From the NCBI GenBank assembly GCA_003696645.1, contig RFGN01000038.1, positions 1 through 34,562 of the forward strand: 34,562 bases of DNA. Reading direction: 5' to 3'. A program made the translations under genes and the position numbers. Under the pieces are notes generated by a model, which saw only the letters and a program-made list of their open reading frames with translations, was not told the origin of the DNA and did not search any database. Positions 10,988-22,106 of the stretch are shown here, piece by piece. The stretch comes from Gammaproteobacteria bacterium. Lineage in GTDB: Bacteria > Pseudomonadota > Gammaproteobacteria > J025. The first letter of the stretch is position 1, and every line of letters begins with the position of its first letter.

Positions 10988-13276
10988 TTAAAATAAGGTT
11001 CCCAGAGAAAACTGGAAGGATTCTGTCTCGTCCCCCTGTTTTTCATTCAAGGCACTGGCCAGACTGAAAGACAGAGGCCCCAGTGGCGATAACCACACCA
11101 GTGAGACACCTGTTGTATATCTTAATTCACCCAGGTCAAATTTGTTGATATTGGCATAAATATTTCCTATATCGAAGAACAGGGCAAATCTGACGGAGCG
11201 ATTGTCTTCGCTAAAGGGTGGTGGAAATATCACCTCGGCATTGGCAACCACTTTCATCGCCCCGCCCATGGGAGAATTGTCCAGAGCAGTTCGCGGTCCC
11301 AGAGAGTTCGATTTGTAGCCCCGTACAGACTGCGCACCACCTGCAAAGTAGCTTTCAAAAAAGGGCAGCTCCGTGGTATCTGAATAGCTGGCCCCATATC
11401 CAAGGTTGGTTTTCAATGACAGGGTAAATGGCTCTATATAGGTCTTCAACCACTGGCCACGAAGGTTGATCTTGTAGAAAGTCAAACCGCTCCCCGGCAA
11501 GGCCAGTTCTTCCGAGGCAGACAAGAGGACACCATCCTCGGCGAAAACCACTCTGTTGCGCGTATCATAGGAGATACCGGCCGTGATCTTGTAAAGGTCA
11601 AAGTCAGACCGATTCGCTCGGATAAAGTCGATAAATTCCTGTGGTGTGCTGTCTGTTTCAGTAAGGCTTTGATGCTCAAGACCAAAACTGATACTGGCGG
11701 TAGAGTATTCACTCACAGGAATACCATAAGACAGTGTTCCACCAAAATTATCTGAGGAAAAATCTGCCACACTGACGGCACCGGCATCGGTCTGCCGGGC
11801 GAACAGATTGAAGCCCCGACTGACTCCATCAAGTGTGTAGTAGGGATTGGTATAGCTGGCACTATAGACCGTATTGACATTACTGTTGTTGATATTCAGA
11901 CCAACGGTATTACCTGAACCGAGAAAATTCTTCTGCTTGACGCTGGCGTTTACCAGGAACCCTTGCGCCTGAGAAAATCCGAATCCTCCAACAAAGGCAG
12001 CTGAAGGTTTTTCCTCAACACTGAAGTCCAGATCAACCAGGTCATCATGTTCCGGAACAGGAACGACATCGACATCCACCTTCTTGAAGTAGTCAAGACG
12101 TTGCAACCTGACCCTGGACCTTTTTACCTTGTCGGTTTCAATCCAGCTCCCTTCCATCTGTCTCATTTCACGGCGCAGGACATCATCCCGCGTCTTGGTA
12201 TTGCCACGAAAGCGAATCTCATTGACATACACCCGCTTGCCCGGATCGATATCAAACAGAATATCGCTGACATGCTCGCGTTTATCCAGATTGGGAATGG
12301 CATTGACCTTAGCATTCAGAAAACCCTTGTTTCCGAGTTGAATGCGCATCTTCTCACTGCTGTCCAGAATGGACTTCCTGGAAAACACCTGTCCTTCCTC
12401 AATTCCCAATGATTCACGAAATGCATCATCACCAAATTCTTGGCTTGAAGACCTGTAATCGATCTTTCCGATGCGGTATTGATCTCCCTCTGTCAGGTTG
12501 ATAGTGATATTGATGGCCTCCCGTTCAGGGCTGATCGTGACCTGAACGGAGTCTATGGAAAAATCCGCATAACCCTGATCCATATAAAAGGACCGAAGGG
12601 ACTCCAGATCAGCAGATAGTCGCTGCCTGGAGAACTCGTTATTGTGATTGAAAAAGGAAAACAATCCCCCAGTATCCAGTTTGAATTTTCCAAGAAGTGT
12701 CTTGTCGGTGAACACATGGTTTCCAACTATATTGATTTCGCGAATCTTTGAACTTTTGCCTTCTTCGATATCAACCTTTACGATCAGATGGGCTTCATCC
12801 TCCTCGACTGTATTCATTGAAACCCTGGCATTGTATTTGCTGTGACTGGCATAGAGGGCATGCAGTTCCTGGTTCATCTTTGCCAGGCTCAATGGATCAA
12901 AAAACTCGCCTTCCTTGATTCCGACTGCATTAAAGGCTTCCTTGATACTCTCTTCCTTGATTGCCTTGTTCCCCGTTATCTCAACCCCTGCAATCAGTTT
13001 GCGCTCCTTGACGGCAATGACCAGCCTGTCATCCTGTCTTTTGATCTGAATATCATCGAAATAGCCTGATCGATAAAGAGCATGAATCTGCTGGATGACC
13101 AGTTGGTTGTCAACCTGCTGATCAGGCCTGATAACCTGATAATTTTCCAGATTTTCTGGATCGATATGTTGCAGTCCCTCATAGTCGATCGCCTTGACCT
13201 GAAATGGCTGGAAGGCCCACACATTGTGGGCAAACAGTATTGCAAGGATCCAGAGTCTCCCAATATATTTGGTCAA
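10988..13276 (-). CDS. bamA: outer membrane protein assembly factor BamA
   Basis: Signal peptide, POTRA repeats (GNTKTRDDVLRRE), VRGY loop-6 motif, SPLGPL, C-terminal FQFSLGTLF; TTG start. Confidence 0.97.
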   Translation of the reverse strand: MTKYIGRLWILAILFAHNVWAFQPFQVKAIDYEGLQHIDPENLENYQVIRPDQQVDNQLVIQQIHALYRSGYFDDIQIKRQDDRLVIAVKERKLIAGVEITGNKAIKEESIKEAFNAVGIKEGEFFDPLSLAKMNQELHALYASHSKYNARVSMNTVEEDEAHLIVKVDIEEGKSSKIREINIVGNHVFTDKTLLGKFKLDTGGLFSFFNHNNEFSRQRLSADLESLRSFYMDQGYADFSIDSVQVTISPEREAINITINLTEGDQYRIGKIDYRSSSQEFGDDAFRESLGIEEGQVFSRKSILDSSEKMRIQLGNKGFLNAKVNAIPNLDKREHVSDILFDIDPGKRVYVNEIRFRGNTKTRDDVLRREMRQMEGSWIETDKVKRSRVRLQRLDYFKKVDVDVVPVPEHDDLVDLDFSVEEKPSAAFVGGFGFSQAQGFLVNASVKQKNFLGSGNTVGLNINNSNVNTVYSASYTNPYYTLDGVSRGFNLFARQTDAGAVSVADFSSDNFGGTLSYGIPVSEYSTASISFGLEHQSLTETDSTPQEFIDFIRANRSDFDLYKITAGISYDTRNRVVFAEDGVLLSASEELALPGSGLTFYKINLRGQWLKTYIEPFTLSLKTNLGYGASYSDTTELPFFESYFAGGAQSVRGYKSNSLGPRTALDNSPMGGAMKVVANAEVIFPPPFSEDNRSVRFALFFDIGNIYANINKFDLGELRYTTGVSLVWLSPLGPLSFSLASALNEKQGDETESFQFSLGTLF

Positions 13277-13277
13277 T

Positions 13278-14657
13278 TTATTGTCCCTTACCGATCAAAC
13301 GTAGAATATCGTTATAAAATGCCAGACACATCAATACTGCAAGGATCATCATGCCTATCTTGACCCCGGTCAACTGTACCGATTCAGGCAATGGCTTCCT
13401 GCGAATGCCTTCATAGCAATAAAACAGGATATGTCCTCCATCCAGAACCGGTATGGGCAAGAGATTGAGGACGCCAAGGCTGATGCTGATCACAGCCAGA
13501 AACAGCAGATAACTGTTCAATCCGGCACTGGCTGTATCTCCGGCATACTGTGCAATACTGATAGGACCACTGAGATTCGACACTGAGGCCTCGCCCAGCA
13601 GAATTTTACCAAGAACCTGCAGGGTCAGACGACTCATTTCCCAAGTTTTTTGAGCAGCCTGCAACAGGGCAATATGAGCCGGATACGCCACAGTCACCCG
13701 ATAATCCTGCATAAGCGCCTGTATCTGTTCTCTATTTGGAGCAACACCTATGAATCCGTATATTTCTTCGCCTGATGTACGGGATTCAGGTCTGATCTGT
13801 AACGTCATCTCCCGTTCTTGACGCAGAAGTTTGATAACAAGGGTCTGATCAGGGTTTCGACGGATCTTCTCTACCCACTCCTGCCAGCTTTCAATCTTTT
13901 CCTGATCGACAGTCAGTATCCTGTCACCACTTTGCAGGCCGGCTCTTGCAGCAGCTCCTTCAGGTTGGACCTGCCCTACAATGGGTGGGATATCAGGATA
14001 ATAGGGTGTAATACCGAGAAACCGGAGGACATCGATCCTCTCCTGTTCCATTTCAGCAATCTGGGAGAAATCAATCTCCACTGAATGACTTTTCCCCTGT
14101 TGATCCTTGACCAAGATATTGACCCGGGAACGATCCATATAACCATTCAGCAGGACAAATGCCGCCTGCTGCCAACTGGATACCTTGTCATTGCCAATCT
14201 GCAGGATTTCATCGCCCTGCTGAAGCCCGGCCTGAGCTGCCAGGCCATCTGGATTGACCTCTCCTATCACGGGTTTCAAGCCTTCAATGCCGGAAATGAA
14301 CACAACTGTATAAAGCAATATGGCAAGCAGAAAGTTTGCCAGGGGGCCGGCCAGGGCAATCAGGAGTCGTTGACCAACCGGTTTGCGATTAAAGGCGTAG
14401 GACACCTCTTCTGGATCTACTGGACCTTCGGACTCATCCAGCATCTTTACATAGCCACCAAGTGGAATGACGGCCAGTACATACTCCACGCCATCGCGAC
14501 CAGTTCTGGACCACAACGCACTGCCAAACCCGATGGAGAATTTCAGCACTTTCACACCACAGCGTCGGGCCACCCAGAAATGGCCAAACTCATGGACGGT
14601 AATCAACACCCCAAGTGCCAGCACAAAAAAGAACGCCGAATTAAGAAAGCTACCCAT
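13278..14657 (-). CDS. rseP: RIP metalloprotease RseP
   Basis: HEFGH zinc motif, two PDZ domains, NLLPIPVLDGGH. Confidence 0.97.
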   Translation of the reverse strand: MGSFLNSAFFFVLALGVLITVHEFGHFWVARRCGVKVLKFSIGFGSALWSRTGRDGVEYVLAVIPLGGYVKMLDESEGPVDPEEVSYAFNRKPVGQRLLIALAGPLANFLLAILLYTVVFISGIEGLKPVIGEVNPDGLAAQAGLQQGDEILQIGNDKVSSWQQAAFVLLNGYMDRSRVNILVKDQQGKSHSVEIDFSQIAEMEQERIDVLRFLGITPYYPDIPPIVGQVQPEGAAARAGLQSGDRILTVDQEKIESWQEWVEKIRRNPDQTLVIKLLRQEREMTLQIRPESRTSGEEIYGFIGVAPNREQIQALMQDYRVTVAYPAHIALLQAAQKTWEMSRLTLQVLGKILLGEASVSNLSGPISIAQYAGDTASAGLNSYLLFLAVISISLGVLNLLPIPVLDGGHILFYCYEGIRRKPLPESVQLTGVKIGMMILAVLMCLAFYNDILRLIGKGQ

Positions 14658-14670
14658 CTCCTGTCCTGCT

Positions 14671-15855
14671 TCAGTTCAATTGTTCAAGGATCTCACCAGA
14701 GCGCAGTCTGGCAGCAGCATCCATTTCCAGAACATGCTGGAGAGATTGGACAGGCATTGTCTCGGAGGATTCAAGAGTTTTTTCGATAATAATCGGGATC
14801 TGATCAAAACGACACTTTCCATCAAGAAAGGCGGCCACTGCAACCTCATTGGCAGCATTCAGCGCAATCGTACATGCACCTCCCGCCTCCATGGCTTCCC
14901 TCGCCAGACGCAAGCAGGGAAAACGGGCTTCACTGGGCGGAGCAAAATCCAGTCTGGAAATCTCGAACAGGTCAAGGAATGCGCTTCCGGAGACAATTCT
15001 TTGCGGCCACCCAAGAGCATTGGCAATCGGTATTTTCATGTCCGGGCTTCCCATCTGCGCAATCACGGAGCCATCGATATATTCAACCATGGAATGAATG
15101 ATACTCTGTGGATGGATCACAACCTGAATATCTCTGGGCGCAACCCGAAACAGCCAGCAGGCCTCGATCAATTCCAGACCCTTGTTCATCATCGTGGCAG
15201 AATCGACAGAGATCTTTCGCCCCATCGACCAATTTGGATGCGCACAGGCCTGTTCAGGTGTGACTGCAGAAAGTTCCTGTAGAGAAAGATTTCGGAAGGG
15301 GCCTCCTGAAGCCGTCAACAGGATTCTCCTGACCTGGGAGTCTACACGCTTATTCTGTTCAGGAAGACACTGAAAGATCGCATTATGTTCACTATCGATG
15401 GGTAACAGGGTTGCCCCGCTTTCGGCAACAGCCTCCATAAACAGATTGCCAGAAATGACCAATGCCTCCTTGTTGGCAAGCAGAACCTTCTTTCCGGATT
15501 GTGCCGCTGCAAACGCTGAAGGAAGACCAGCGGCTCCGACTATGGCTGCCATGACTGTATCCACTTCCGGTCGACTTGCCATCTCGATCAATCCTTCTTG
15601 TCCACAGAGTATTTCTGTTGAAACCCCATCCTTCCTGAGTTCATTCTCAAGTCTTTCTGCTGCTTGAGGATCTTCCAGCACTGCGTAGGGAGAATTAAAC
15701 TGTCGGCATTGTTGCCGCAGCTTTTCCATATTGCCCCGTGCCGTCAAAGCGAAGACCTCAAAGCGATCGGGATGCAGGGCAATCACATCCAGGGTGCTCT
15801 TCCCAATCGAACCGGTCGACCCGAAAATTGTGATTTTTTGTCGAGCCTGTGTCAT
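14671..15855 (-). CDS. dxr: 1-deoxy-D-xylulose-5-phosphate reductoisomerase
   Basis: [46 protein letters not shown]. Confidence 0.98.
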   Translation of the reverse strand: MTQARQKITIFGSTGSIGKSTLDVIALHPDRFEVFALTARGNMEKLRQQCRQFNSPYAVLEDPQAAERLENELRKDGVSTEILCGQEGLIEMASRPEVDTVMAAIVGAAGLPSAFAAAQSGKKVLLANKEALVISGNLFMEAVAESGATLLPIDSEHNAIFQCLPEQNKRVDSQVRRILLTASGGPFRNLSLQELSAVTPEQACAHPNWSMGRKISVDSATMMNKGLELIEACWLFRVAPRDIQVVIHPQSIIHSMVEYIDGSVIAQMGSPDMKIPIANALGWPQRIVSGSAFLDLFEISRLDFAPPSEARFPCLRLAREAMEAGGACTIALNAANEVAVAAFLDGKCRFDQIPIIIEKTLESSETMPVQSLQHVLEMDAAARLRSGEILEQLN

Positions 15856-16688
15856 GATTTGTCCAATATCAGATTGATACCGATCAGGAAAAAGGGTGCC
15901 GCTGCAGTCAAACTGTCAATTCGATCCAGGACACCGCCATGTCCTGGCAAGATATGGCCACTATCCTTGACTCCACTGACTCGCTTGATCACACTTTGAA
16001 ACAGATCTCCAACCACCGAGATAACAGAAAGCAGGGCGCTGAGTATCACAAGGTCCAGCCAATGGCTACCCACAGGCAGCCAAAACGCTCCCATCATTCC
16101 CCCTGCAGCGATGACGGCAAGCACTCCCCCCAAAACCCCTTCGATACTTTTTCCAGGACTCAACCTTACCGAAAGTTTGTGATATCCCCATGCCTTGCCA
16201 GCAAAATAGGCGCTTATATCTGCCGTCCAGACCAGAATGAACAGGGCAAGGATCCAGTCTGCCCCACGATCATGATCGCCGATATGTTTGAGCGCAAGCC
16301 ACGCGGGGATCAAGACCAGCCACCCCAGGGATGCCCCCAGTATCTTCCAGACAACAGGTTGTTCGGTGGATAGCCCTTTCAGTATATCCAGACCAGCCTC
16401 AGAGACATGCAGAACAAGCAACATTCCTGCAGCAAGCAGCCAGAAAGCACATGCAAGAATGAAAATCTGTGTCGAAAGGTGGGTCGACCAGAAGCAGGCT
16501 GCAGTCATGGCCAGCAGATAGAGCGCATTAAGGTATGCAGGAAACCCCAATAACCTCCCCCATTCCCATCCTCCTGCAATCAGGATGACCAGAAAAACAC
16601 CGGACACCCAGTTGGATGGTGCCAGATAAAGCAGGCCTACAAAAACCGGAATAAGAATACTGGCAGTAAGAATGCGTTGCTTCAACAT
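15852..16688 (-). CDS. cdsA: phosphatidate cytidylyltransferase
   Basis: [45 protein letters not shown]. Confidence 0.96.
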   Translation of the reverse strand: MLKQRILTASILIPVFVGLLYLAPSNWVSGVFLVILIAGGWEWGRLLGFPAYLNALYLLAMTAACFWSTHLSTQIFILACAFWLLAAGMLLVLHVSEAGLDILKGLSTEQPVVWKILGASLGWLVLIPAWLALKHIGDHDRGADWILALFILVWTADISAYFAGKAWGYHKLSVRLSPGKSIEGVLGGVLAVIAAGGMMGAFWLPVGSHWLDLVILSALLSVISVVGDLFQSVIKRVSGVKDSGHILPGHGGVLDRIDSLTAAAPFFLIGINLILDKS

Positions 16689-16692
16689 GAGA

Positions 16693-17448
16693 TCAGGATG
16701 AAACTCCGCTTACAACCTGCTGCCCGGTCAGACCAAAGCGTCGTTGCCGTTTGTAATAATCTTTTACGGCTCTGGAAAATTCTTCCTTGCCAAAATCTGG
16801 CCACAACGTTTGGGTGAAATAGAGCTCACTGTAGGCAATATCCCACAACAGAAAATTGCTGATCCGCTGGTCACCTCCACTTCTTATCAAAAGGTCAGGG
16901 GGAGGAACGGGACGCAAGGCGAGATGGCGGTCGATATTTTCTGGTGAAAAGATGGCATCAAGAGACATTTCGGGAGAAGCATCTTCACAGGCTCTTCTGG
17001 CAGCCTGGCAGATATCCCAGTATCCGCCGTAATTCAATGCCACCGTAACACACAGTCGCTCATTGCCTGATGTTAACTGCTCGGCCTTCTGCATCTTGGC
17101 CTGCATGGATTCGGGAAAACGACTGGCATCTCCGATAAATCGAAGTTTTACACCATTTTCATGCAGCCTTTTGACCTCCTTGTCCAACGAGGTCATGAAG
17201 AGTTGCATCAATCGACTGACTTCATCTTGAGGACGTCCCCAATTTTCACTGCTGAACGCAAACAGGGTCAGGAATTCCACACGGTTATCCACGGCCGCTT
17301 CGATGACTTTTCTGACTGCCTTGAGCCCTGCCTGATGACCGAATGCCCGGGGGCGTCGACGCTGCATGGCCCAGCGTCCATTGCCATCCATGATGATGGC
17401 GACATGTTTTAGCAGAGAAGCCGAAGGCTCTGGATTCGCAGCGGACAT
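16693..17448 (-). CDS. uppS: undecaprenyl diphosphate synthase
   Basis: HVAIIMDGNGRWA, FAFSSENWGRP, DLLIRSGG.QRISNFLLW. Confidence 0.97.
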   Translation of the reverse strand: MSAANPEPSASLLKHVAIIMDGNGRWAMQRRRPRAFGHQAGLKAVRKVIEAAVDNRVEFLTLFAFSSENWGRPQDEVSRLMQLFMTSLDKEVKRLHENGVKLRFIGDASRFPESMQAKMQKAEQLTSGNERLCVTVALNYGGYWDICQAARRACEDASPEMSLDAIFSPENIDRHLALRPVPPPDLLIRSGGDQRISNFLLWDIAYSELYFTQTLWPDFGKEEFSRAVKDYYKRQRRFGLTGQQVVSGVSS

Positions 17449-17462
17449 GAAAATGGAGGTCT

Positions 17463-18017
17463 TCAGACCTCCATCAGTTCGGCTTCCTTTGCCTTGAGCA
17501 TTTCATCTGCCTTGGCAATGAACTGATCTGTCATCTTTTGTACTTGATCTTCCAGCTGACGCAGCTCGTCCTCCGTAATCTCCTTCTGCTTGAGCCGATT
17601 CTTGCCTTCCGACAATATATCACGTCGAATGTTGCGAATAGATACCCGGCCGGTTTCCACCTCATTACGAACCACCCTGACCAGCTCCTTGCGACGCTCT
17701 TCATTCAGCTGCGGGAGAGGCACGCGAATCACATCACCGGCTGTTACCGGATTGAGTCCCAGGTCAGATTCCCTGATAGCCTTGTCTATCGCCTCCGTCA
17801 TGCTCTTCTCCCATGGCGTGATGGCCAGGGTTCGTGCATCCGCAACGGTAATATTTGCCACCTGAGAGATCGGTGTATCGGTTCCGTAATAAGAAACATG
17901 GACATGATCCAGCAGGCTAGGGTGTGCCCGACCCGTACGGATTTTCGCAAGATTTTCTGCCAATGCATCAAGGCTCTTCTGCATTCTGGTCTGGATATTC
18001 TGTTTAGAAGTTGACAT
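17463..18017 (-). CDS. frr: ribosome recycling factor
   Basis: [27 protein letters not shown]. Confidence 0.98.
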   Translation of the reverse strand: MSTSKQNIQTRMQKSLDALAENLAKIRTGRAHPSLLDHVHVSYYGTDTPISQVANITVADARTLAITPWEKSMTEAIDKAIRESDLGLNPVTAGDVIRVPLPQLNEERRKELVRVVRNEVETGRVSIRNIRRDILSEGKNRLKQKEITEDELRQLEDQVQKMTDQFIAKADEMLKAKEAELMEV

Positions 18018-18019
18018 TG

Positions 18020-18745
18020 CTATTCTCCATTCTCAATCAGGGTTCCCAGTGATTCATTCTCCAGAAGAATACGTCGCAGGGCACCCTCTTCATTGATATT
18101 GAAAACCCTAACCGGCATTTTGTTTTCTCGACAAAGTGTCATGGCAGTCCCGTCCATGACACCAAGCTGTCTGTTTATGGCTTCATCAAATGTCAGGTGT
18201 GAATAACGAACAGCATCAGGATGCAATACCGGATCTGCAGAATAGACACCATCCACCTTGGTCGCCTTGAGAAGCAGATCAGCGCCTACTTCAATGGCAC
18301 GCAGACTGGCAGCAGAATCCGTGGTAAAGAATGGATTCCCCGTCCCTGCAGCAAACAGGACAATCCTCTTTTTCTCCAAATGACGTACAGACCGGCGTTT
18401 GACATACGGTTCGCAGATCTGGTTGATATATAATGCAGACATGGTCCGTACCACAGCGCCATGATATTCAAGCGAATCCTGCAGGGCCAGAGCGTTCATC
18501 ACCGTCGCCAACATTCCCATATAATCAGCAGTGGCGCGATCCATCCCTTCACCAGCCAGAGTGCTGCCCCTCAGAAAATTGCCACCACCACAAACGACAG
18601 CAATCTCAACACCGGCATCTGCCACTTCACAGATGGCTGTCGCCATTCTGGCGATAACGACAGGGTCAATGCCCTGCTGGCCATCACCCAGCAGGGCCTC
18701 ACCACTGAGCTTGAGCAATACTCTGGAATAGCGCAGATCAGCCAT
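18020..18745 (-). CDS. pyrH: UMP kinase
   Basis: [40 protein letters not shown]. Confidence 0.98.
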   Translation of the reverse strand: MADLRYSRVLLKLSGEALLGDGQQGIDPVVIARMATAICEVADAGVEIAVVCGGGNFLRGSTLAGEGMDRATADYMGMLATVMNALALQDSLEYHGAVVRTMSALYINQICEPYVKRRSVRHLEKKRIVLFAAGTGNPFFTTDSAASLRAIEVGADLLLKATKVDGVYSADPVLHPDAVRYSHLTFDEAINRQLGVMDGTAMTLCRENKMPVRVFNINEEGALRRILLENESLGTLIENGE

Positions 18746-19625
18746 TGACCTGAGCCATTACCTCTTCAGCGAAATTGTCTTCCTTCTTTTCGATGCCTTC
18801 TCCGACCTCGAAGCGAACAAAGGCAGAAACATTGGCATCATTCTTGCTCAGGAGCTTGCCAACATTGATATCCGGATCCTTGATGAACGGCTGACCAGTC
18901 AGGGTAATCTCATTGATGAATTTCTTGATACGTCCTCCTATCATCTTTTCGATGATTTCGGCCGGCTTGCCAGAATCAGCGGCCTGGGCCGTCAGGATTT
19001 CCTTTTCCTTGGCCAGCAATTCAGCCGGAACATCTTCCTCACTGATACAGGTCGGTTTGCTGGCAGCGATATGCATGGCAACATCCTTGGCCAGTTCATC
19101 AGACCCACCAGCCATCCTGACAATTACACCAATCCGGCTGCCATGCATATAGGCACCGAAATGCTCGCCATCACCGGCCTGCAGGGTCGCCATGCGACGC
19201 AGAGTGATATTCTCACCCAGCTTGGCCACAAGCTCCTGGCGCTTTTCTTCGATGGTTTTTCCAGATTCTCCCGGGAAAGGTTGTCCGGAAAGTGCTGTGA
19301 TATCATCGGATGGGGCAAGCAATGCCGCCTCGGCCACCTGGGCTGCAAAAGTACTGAAGTCCTCATTCTTGGCCACAAAATCCGTCTCGCTGTTGACTTC
19401 CACCAGGGCTGCCCGGCTTCCATCTGCAGCAATTTTGGCAACAATACGGCCATCGGCCGCCACACGGCCCGACTTCTTGTCAGCCTTGGCAAGGCCTGCC
19501 TTGCGCATTACCTCGATGGCCGCATCAATATCACCTTCTGTTTCTACCAGAGCTTTCTTGCAATCCATCATGCTCGATCCTGTACGATCCCTGAGCTGCT
19601 TGACTAGTGCTGCAGTGATTTTCAT
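18738..19625 (-). CDS. tsf: elongation factor Ts
   Basis: [36 protein letters not shown]. Confidence 0.98.
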   Translation of the reverse strand: MKITAALVKQLRDRTGSSMMDCKKALVETEGDIDAAIEVMRKAGLAKADKKSGRVAADGRIVAKIAADGSRAALVEVNSETDFVAKNEDFSTFAAQVAEAALLAPSDDITALSGQPFPGESGKTIEEKRQELVAKLGENITLRRMATLQAGDGEHFGAYMHGSRIGVIVRMAGGSDELAKDVAMHIAASKPTCISEEDVPAELLAKEKEILTAQAADSGKPAEIIEKMIGGRIKKFINEITLTGQPFIKDPDINVGKLLSKNDANVSAFVRFEVGEGIEKKEDNFAEEVMAQVNG

Positions 19626-19670
19626 CTTTTATCTTCCTCAATCAAATGGTTTGGATATTGAAATATGACG

Positions 19671-20447
19671 CTATTCCTTTGAGTCTTCCGTTACTTCAGA
19701 GGCTACGACATCACCACTGTCATCCAACTCTATCAGCTCATCGTCGCCCTGGGGTAGCTCACCCCCTGCCAGCTGACCTTCAATTACTGCATCAGCAGCC
19801 GCTTGCAGGTACAGGCTGATGGCACTAGATGAATCATCATTGCCCGGGATAATATAGTCCACATCTTCAGGGTTTCCGTTGGTGTCCACCACACCAATCA
19901 CCGGGATACCCAGATTTCTTGCCTCACGGACAGCATTGGCCTCATAACCGACATCAATCACGAACATCGCGTCCGGCATGCCGTCCATATTCCTGATTCC
20001 GCCTATGCTGTCATTCAGTTTGCGCAGCTCTCTGGCCAAAACCAGCATTTCCTTCTTGGTTCGAGCATATTCCTCGCCTTTTGCAAGGATCTCTTCAAGG
20101 TCAGACATACGTTGAATGGAGCGCTTGATGGTCTTGTAGTTGGTCAACGTGCCCCCGAGCCATCGCTGACTGACATAAGGCATGCCGCAACGCTCGGCCT
20201 GCTCCCTGACAGCCTCCTTGGCCGCCCTTTTTGTCCCGACAAACAGGATCTTGCCACCTTCAGCAGCCACCTTGCCTATAAAGTTCATGGCTTCATTGAA
20301 GAGCGGCAAGGTCTTTTCAAGATTGATGATATGAATCTTCTTTCGTGCTCCAAAAATATAAGGAGCCATCCGAGGGTTCCAGTAACGGGTTCTGTGGCCG
20401 AAATGAACGCCGGCCTCCAGCATTTGACGCATGGTCACTTTTGACAT
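19671..20447 (-). CDS. rpsB: 30S ribosomal protein S2
   Basis: [36 protein letters not shown]; RBS AGGAG. Confidence 0.99.
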   Translation of the reverse strand: MSKVTMRQMLEAGVHFGHRTRYWNPRMAPYIFGARKKIHIINLEKTLPLFNEAMNFIGKVAAEGGKILFVGTKRAAKEAVREQAERCGMPYVSQRWLGGTLTNYKTIKRSIQRMSDLEEILAKGEEYARTKKEMLVLARELRKLNDSIGGIRNMDGMPDAMFVIDVGYEANAVREARNLGIPVIGVVDTNGNPEDVDYIIPGNDDSSSAISLYLQAAADAVIEGQLAGGELPQGDDELIELDDSGDVVASEVTEDSKE

Positions 20448-20465
20448 GTTTTTCTCCTAATAACA

Positions 20466-20549
20466 GGGTTAAGCCTCCATATACCCCATCTCCTAACCTC
20501 GAACCCTGAGGTTCCAGGCACCCTAGGAGCATGTGACGGTATATGTGTG
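20466..20549 (-). ncRNA. t44: rpsB 5' leader (t44 / S2 autoregulatory element)
   Basis: Minus strand CACACATATACCGTCACATG..GGGTGCC..GGTT..ATGG..TATATGGAGGCTTAACCC matches my recollection of the conserved gammaproteobacterial t44 pattern; directly upstream of rpsB. Confidence 0.85.
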
Positions 20550-20656
20550 AAATAAAAATATCCTGGACCCGTATCACCGATACAGAAGCATGTTCACGGA
20601 TCGGGATGCCCTGACCGGCATTCTCGAATATAATGTCGCATGCGGGTTCTCGAGGA

Positions 20657-20692
20657 TGCGCGATTTATACCATATCCTGCCCACATACACAA
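20657..20692 (-). promoter_or_regulatory. rpsB promoter, extended -10 TGGTATAAA with GC-rich discriminator
   Basis: Minus strand TTGTGT-N17-TATAAA (TG at -15/-14) followed by TCGCGC; resembles the conserved gammaproteobacterial rpsB promoter. Confidence 0.6.
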
Positions 20693-20740
20693 TAAATTAT
20701 CCTGAAATATCAACAGATAAGGAGCTAGCTGACTGCCATC

Positions 20741-21508
20741 ATGGCCATCACCATCAAAACCGAAGAAGAAATCGAGAAAATGCGGGTAGCCGGTCGCCTC
20801 GCCTGCGAGGTTCTGGACATGATCGAGCCATATGTGCAGCCGGGTATCACAACAGAAGAATTGGATAATATCTGCCACGACTATATCGTCAACACCCTGA
20901 AGGCCATACCGGCCCCCTTGAACTACCGTGGCTTCCCCAAATCCATCTGCACTTCTGTCAACCACCAGATCTGTCATGGCATTCCTGGTCCGAAAAAACT
21001 CAAGAAAGGTGACATCATCAACATCGATGTTACCGTCATCAAGGATGAATACCATGGAGACACCAGTCGCATGTTTACGGTTGGCGAACCCTCGGTGCTG
21101 GCCAAAAGGCTGATCGATGTGACCTACGAGTGCATGAAGATCGGTATCGAGATGGTCAAGCCTGACGTTCGCCTCGGCGACATCGGGCATGCCATACAGA
21201 AACATGCAGAAGGCAATGGATTTTCCGTGGTACGTGAGTATTGCGGGCATGGGATTGGACGAGTCTTTCACGAAGACCCGCAGGTCATGCACTATGGAGA
21301 ACCGGGCACCGGCGAGAAACTGGTCCCGGGAATGACCTTCACCATCGAGCCCATGATCAATGCTGGAAAACGGCACGTAAAACTCCTGAAGGACAACTGG
21401 ACAGTCGTTACCAAGGATCACAGTCTGTCAGCCCAGTGGGAACATACCCTGCTGGTCACCCGGGATGGCTTTGAGATCATGACCCTGCCACCGGGTCGAT
21501 CACTCTGA
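20741..21508 (+). CDS. map: methionine aminopeptidase type I
   Basis: GFPKSICTSVN..ICHGIP, DVT..YHGDTSR, YCGHGIG..FHE, EPMIN, SAQWEHT; divergent from rpsB as usual. Confidence 0.98.
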   Translation: MAITIKTEEEIEKMRVAGRLACEVLDMIEPYVQPGITTEELDNICHDYIVNTLKAIPAPLNYRGFPKSICTSVNHQICHGIPGPKKLKKGDIINIDVTVIKDEYHGDTSRMFTVGEPSVLAKRLIDVTYECMKIGIEMVKPDVRLGDIGHAIQKHAEGNGFSVVREYCGHGIGRVFHEDPQVMHYGEPGTGEKLVPGMTFTIEPMINAGKRHVKLLKDNWTVVTKDHSLSAQWEHTLLVTRDGFEIMTLPPGRSL

Positions 21509-21533
21509 CACCGTCAATGATTTCCCCAAGATA

Positions 21534-22106
21534 TTGAAGAAACACAGCCTTCCGGTCGCCCTCGCACTGATATCCCTGAGCATCCAGTTTTCCGAACCGG
21601 CTCAGACCTTGCTGCGATATGATCGGGCAGCCATTGCAAACGGTGAGATCTGGCGACTGCTCACTGGCAACTTGGCACATCTGAACTGGCCACATCTGTG
21701 GCTCAACCTTGCCGGCCTTCTATTGATCTGGTTGCTGACCCAGCATCTCTTCTCCACCAGACAATGGGGTCTGGCCTTTCTTTTCACCTCTCTGGGCGTC
21801 AGCTCAGGACTATACATCTTTGACTCAGAACTGCTATGGTATGTAGGCCTTTCCGGCATCCTGCATGGTTTGCTGGTGGCCCCGCTGACCTTCAATATCA
21901 GGAATAACTGCCTTGCCGACCATGCCCTTTTGGCAATTGTCCTGCTCAAGGTCATCTGGGAACAATTCCAGGGGCCGATGGAATCTTCCGAGGCGCTTAT
22001 AGAGGGTCAGGTTGTAACAGATGCCCATCTATTTGGAGCGATATCCGGCTTGGTTCTAGGCTTGTCCCTGTATCTATTGAAAAGGCATAAAGCGACGAAA
22101 ATCTAA
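21534..22106 (+). CDS. rrtA: rhombosortase (rhomboid protease of the GlyGly-CTERM sorting system)
   Basis: YDRAAI..GE.WRLLTG..AH.N..HL.LN, YVGLSGILHG (catalytic Ser), K..WEQ, AHLFG (catalytic His); TTG start. Confidence 0.85.
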   Translation: MKKHSLPVALALISLSIQFSEPAQTLLRYDRAAIANGEIWRLLTGNLAHLNWPHLWLNLAGLLLIWLLTQHLFSTRQWGLAFLFTSLGVSSGLYIFDSELLWYVGLSGILHGLLVAPLTFNIRNNCLADHALLAIVLLKVIWEQFQGPMESSEALIEGQVVTDAHLFGAISGLVLGLSLYLLKRHKATKI

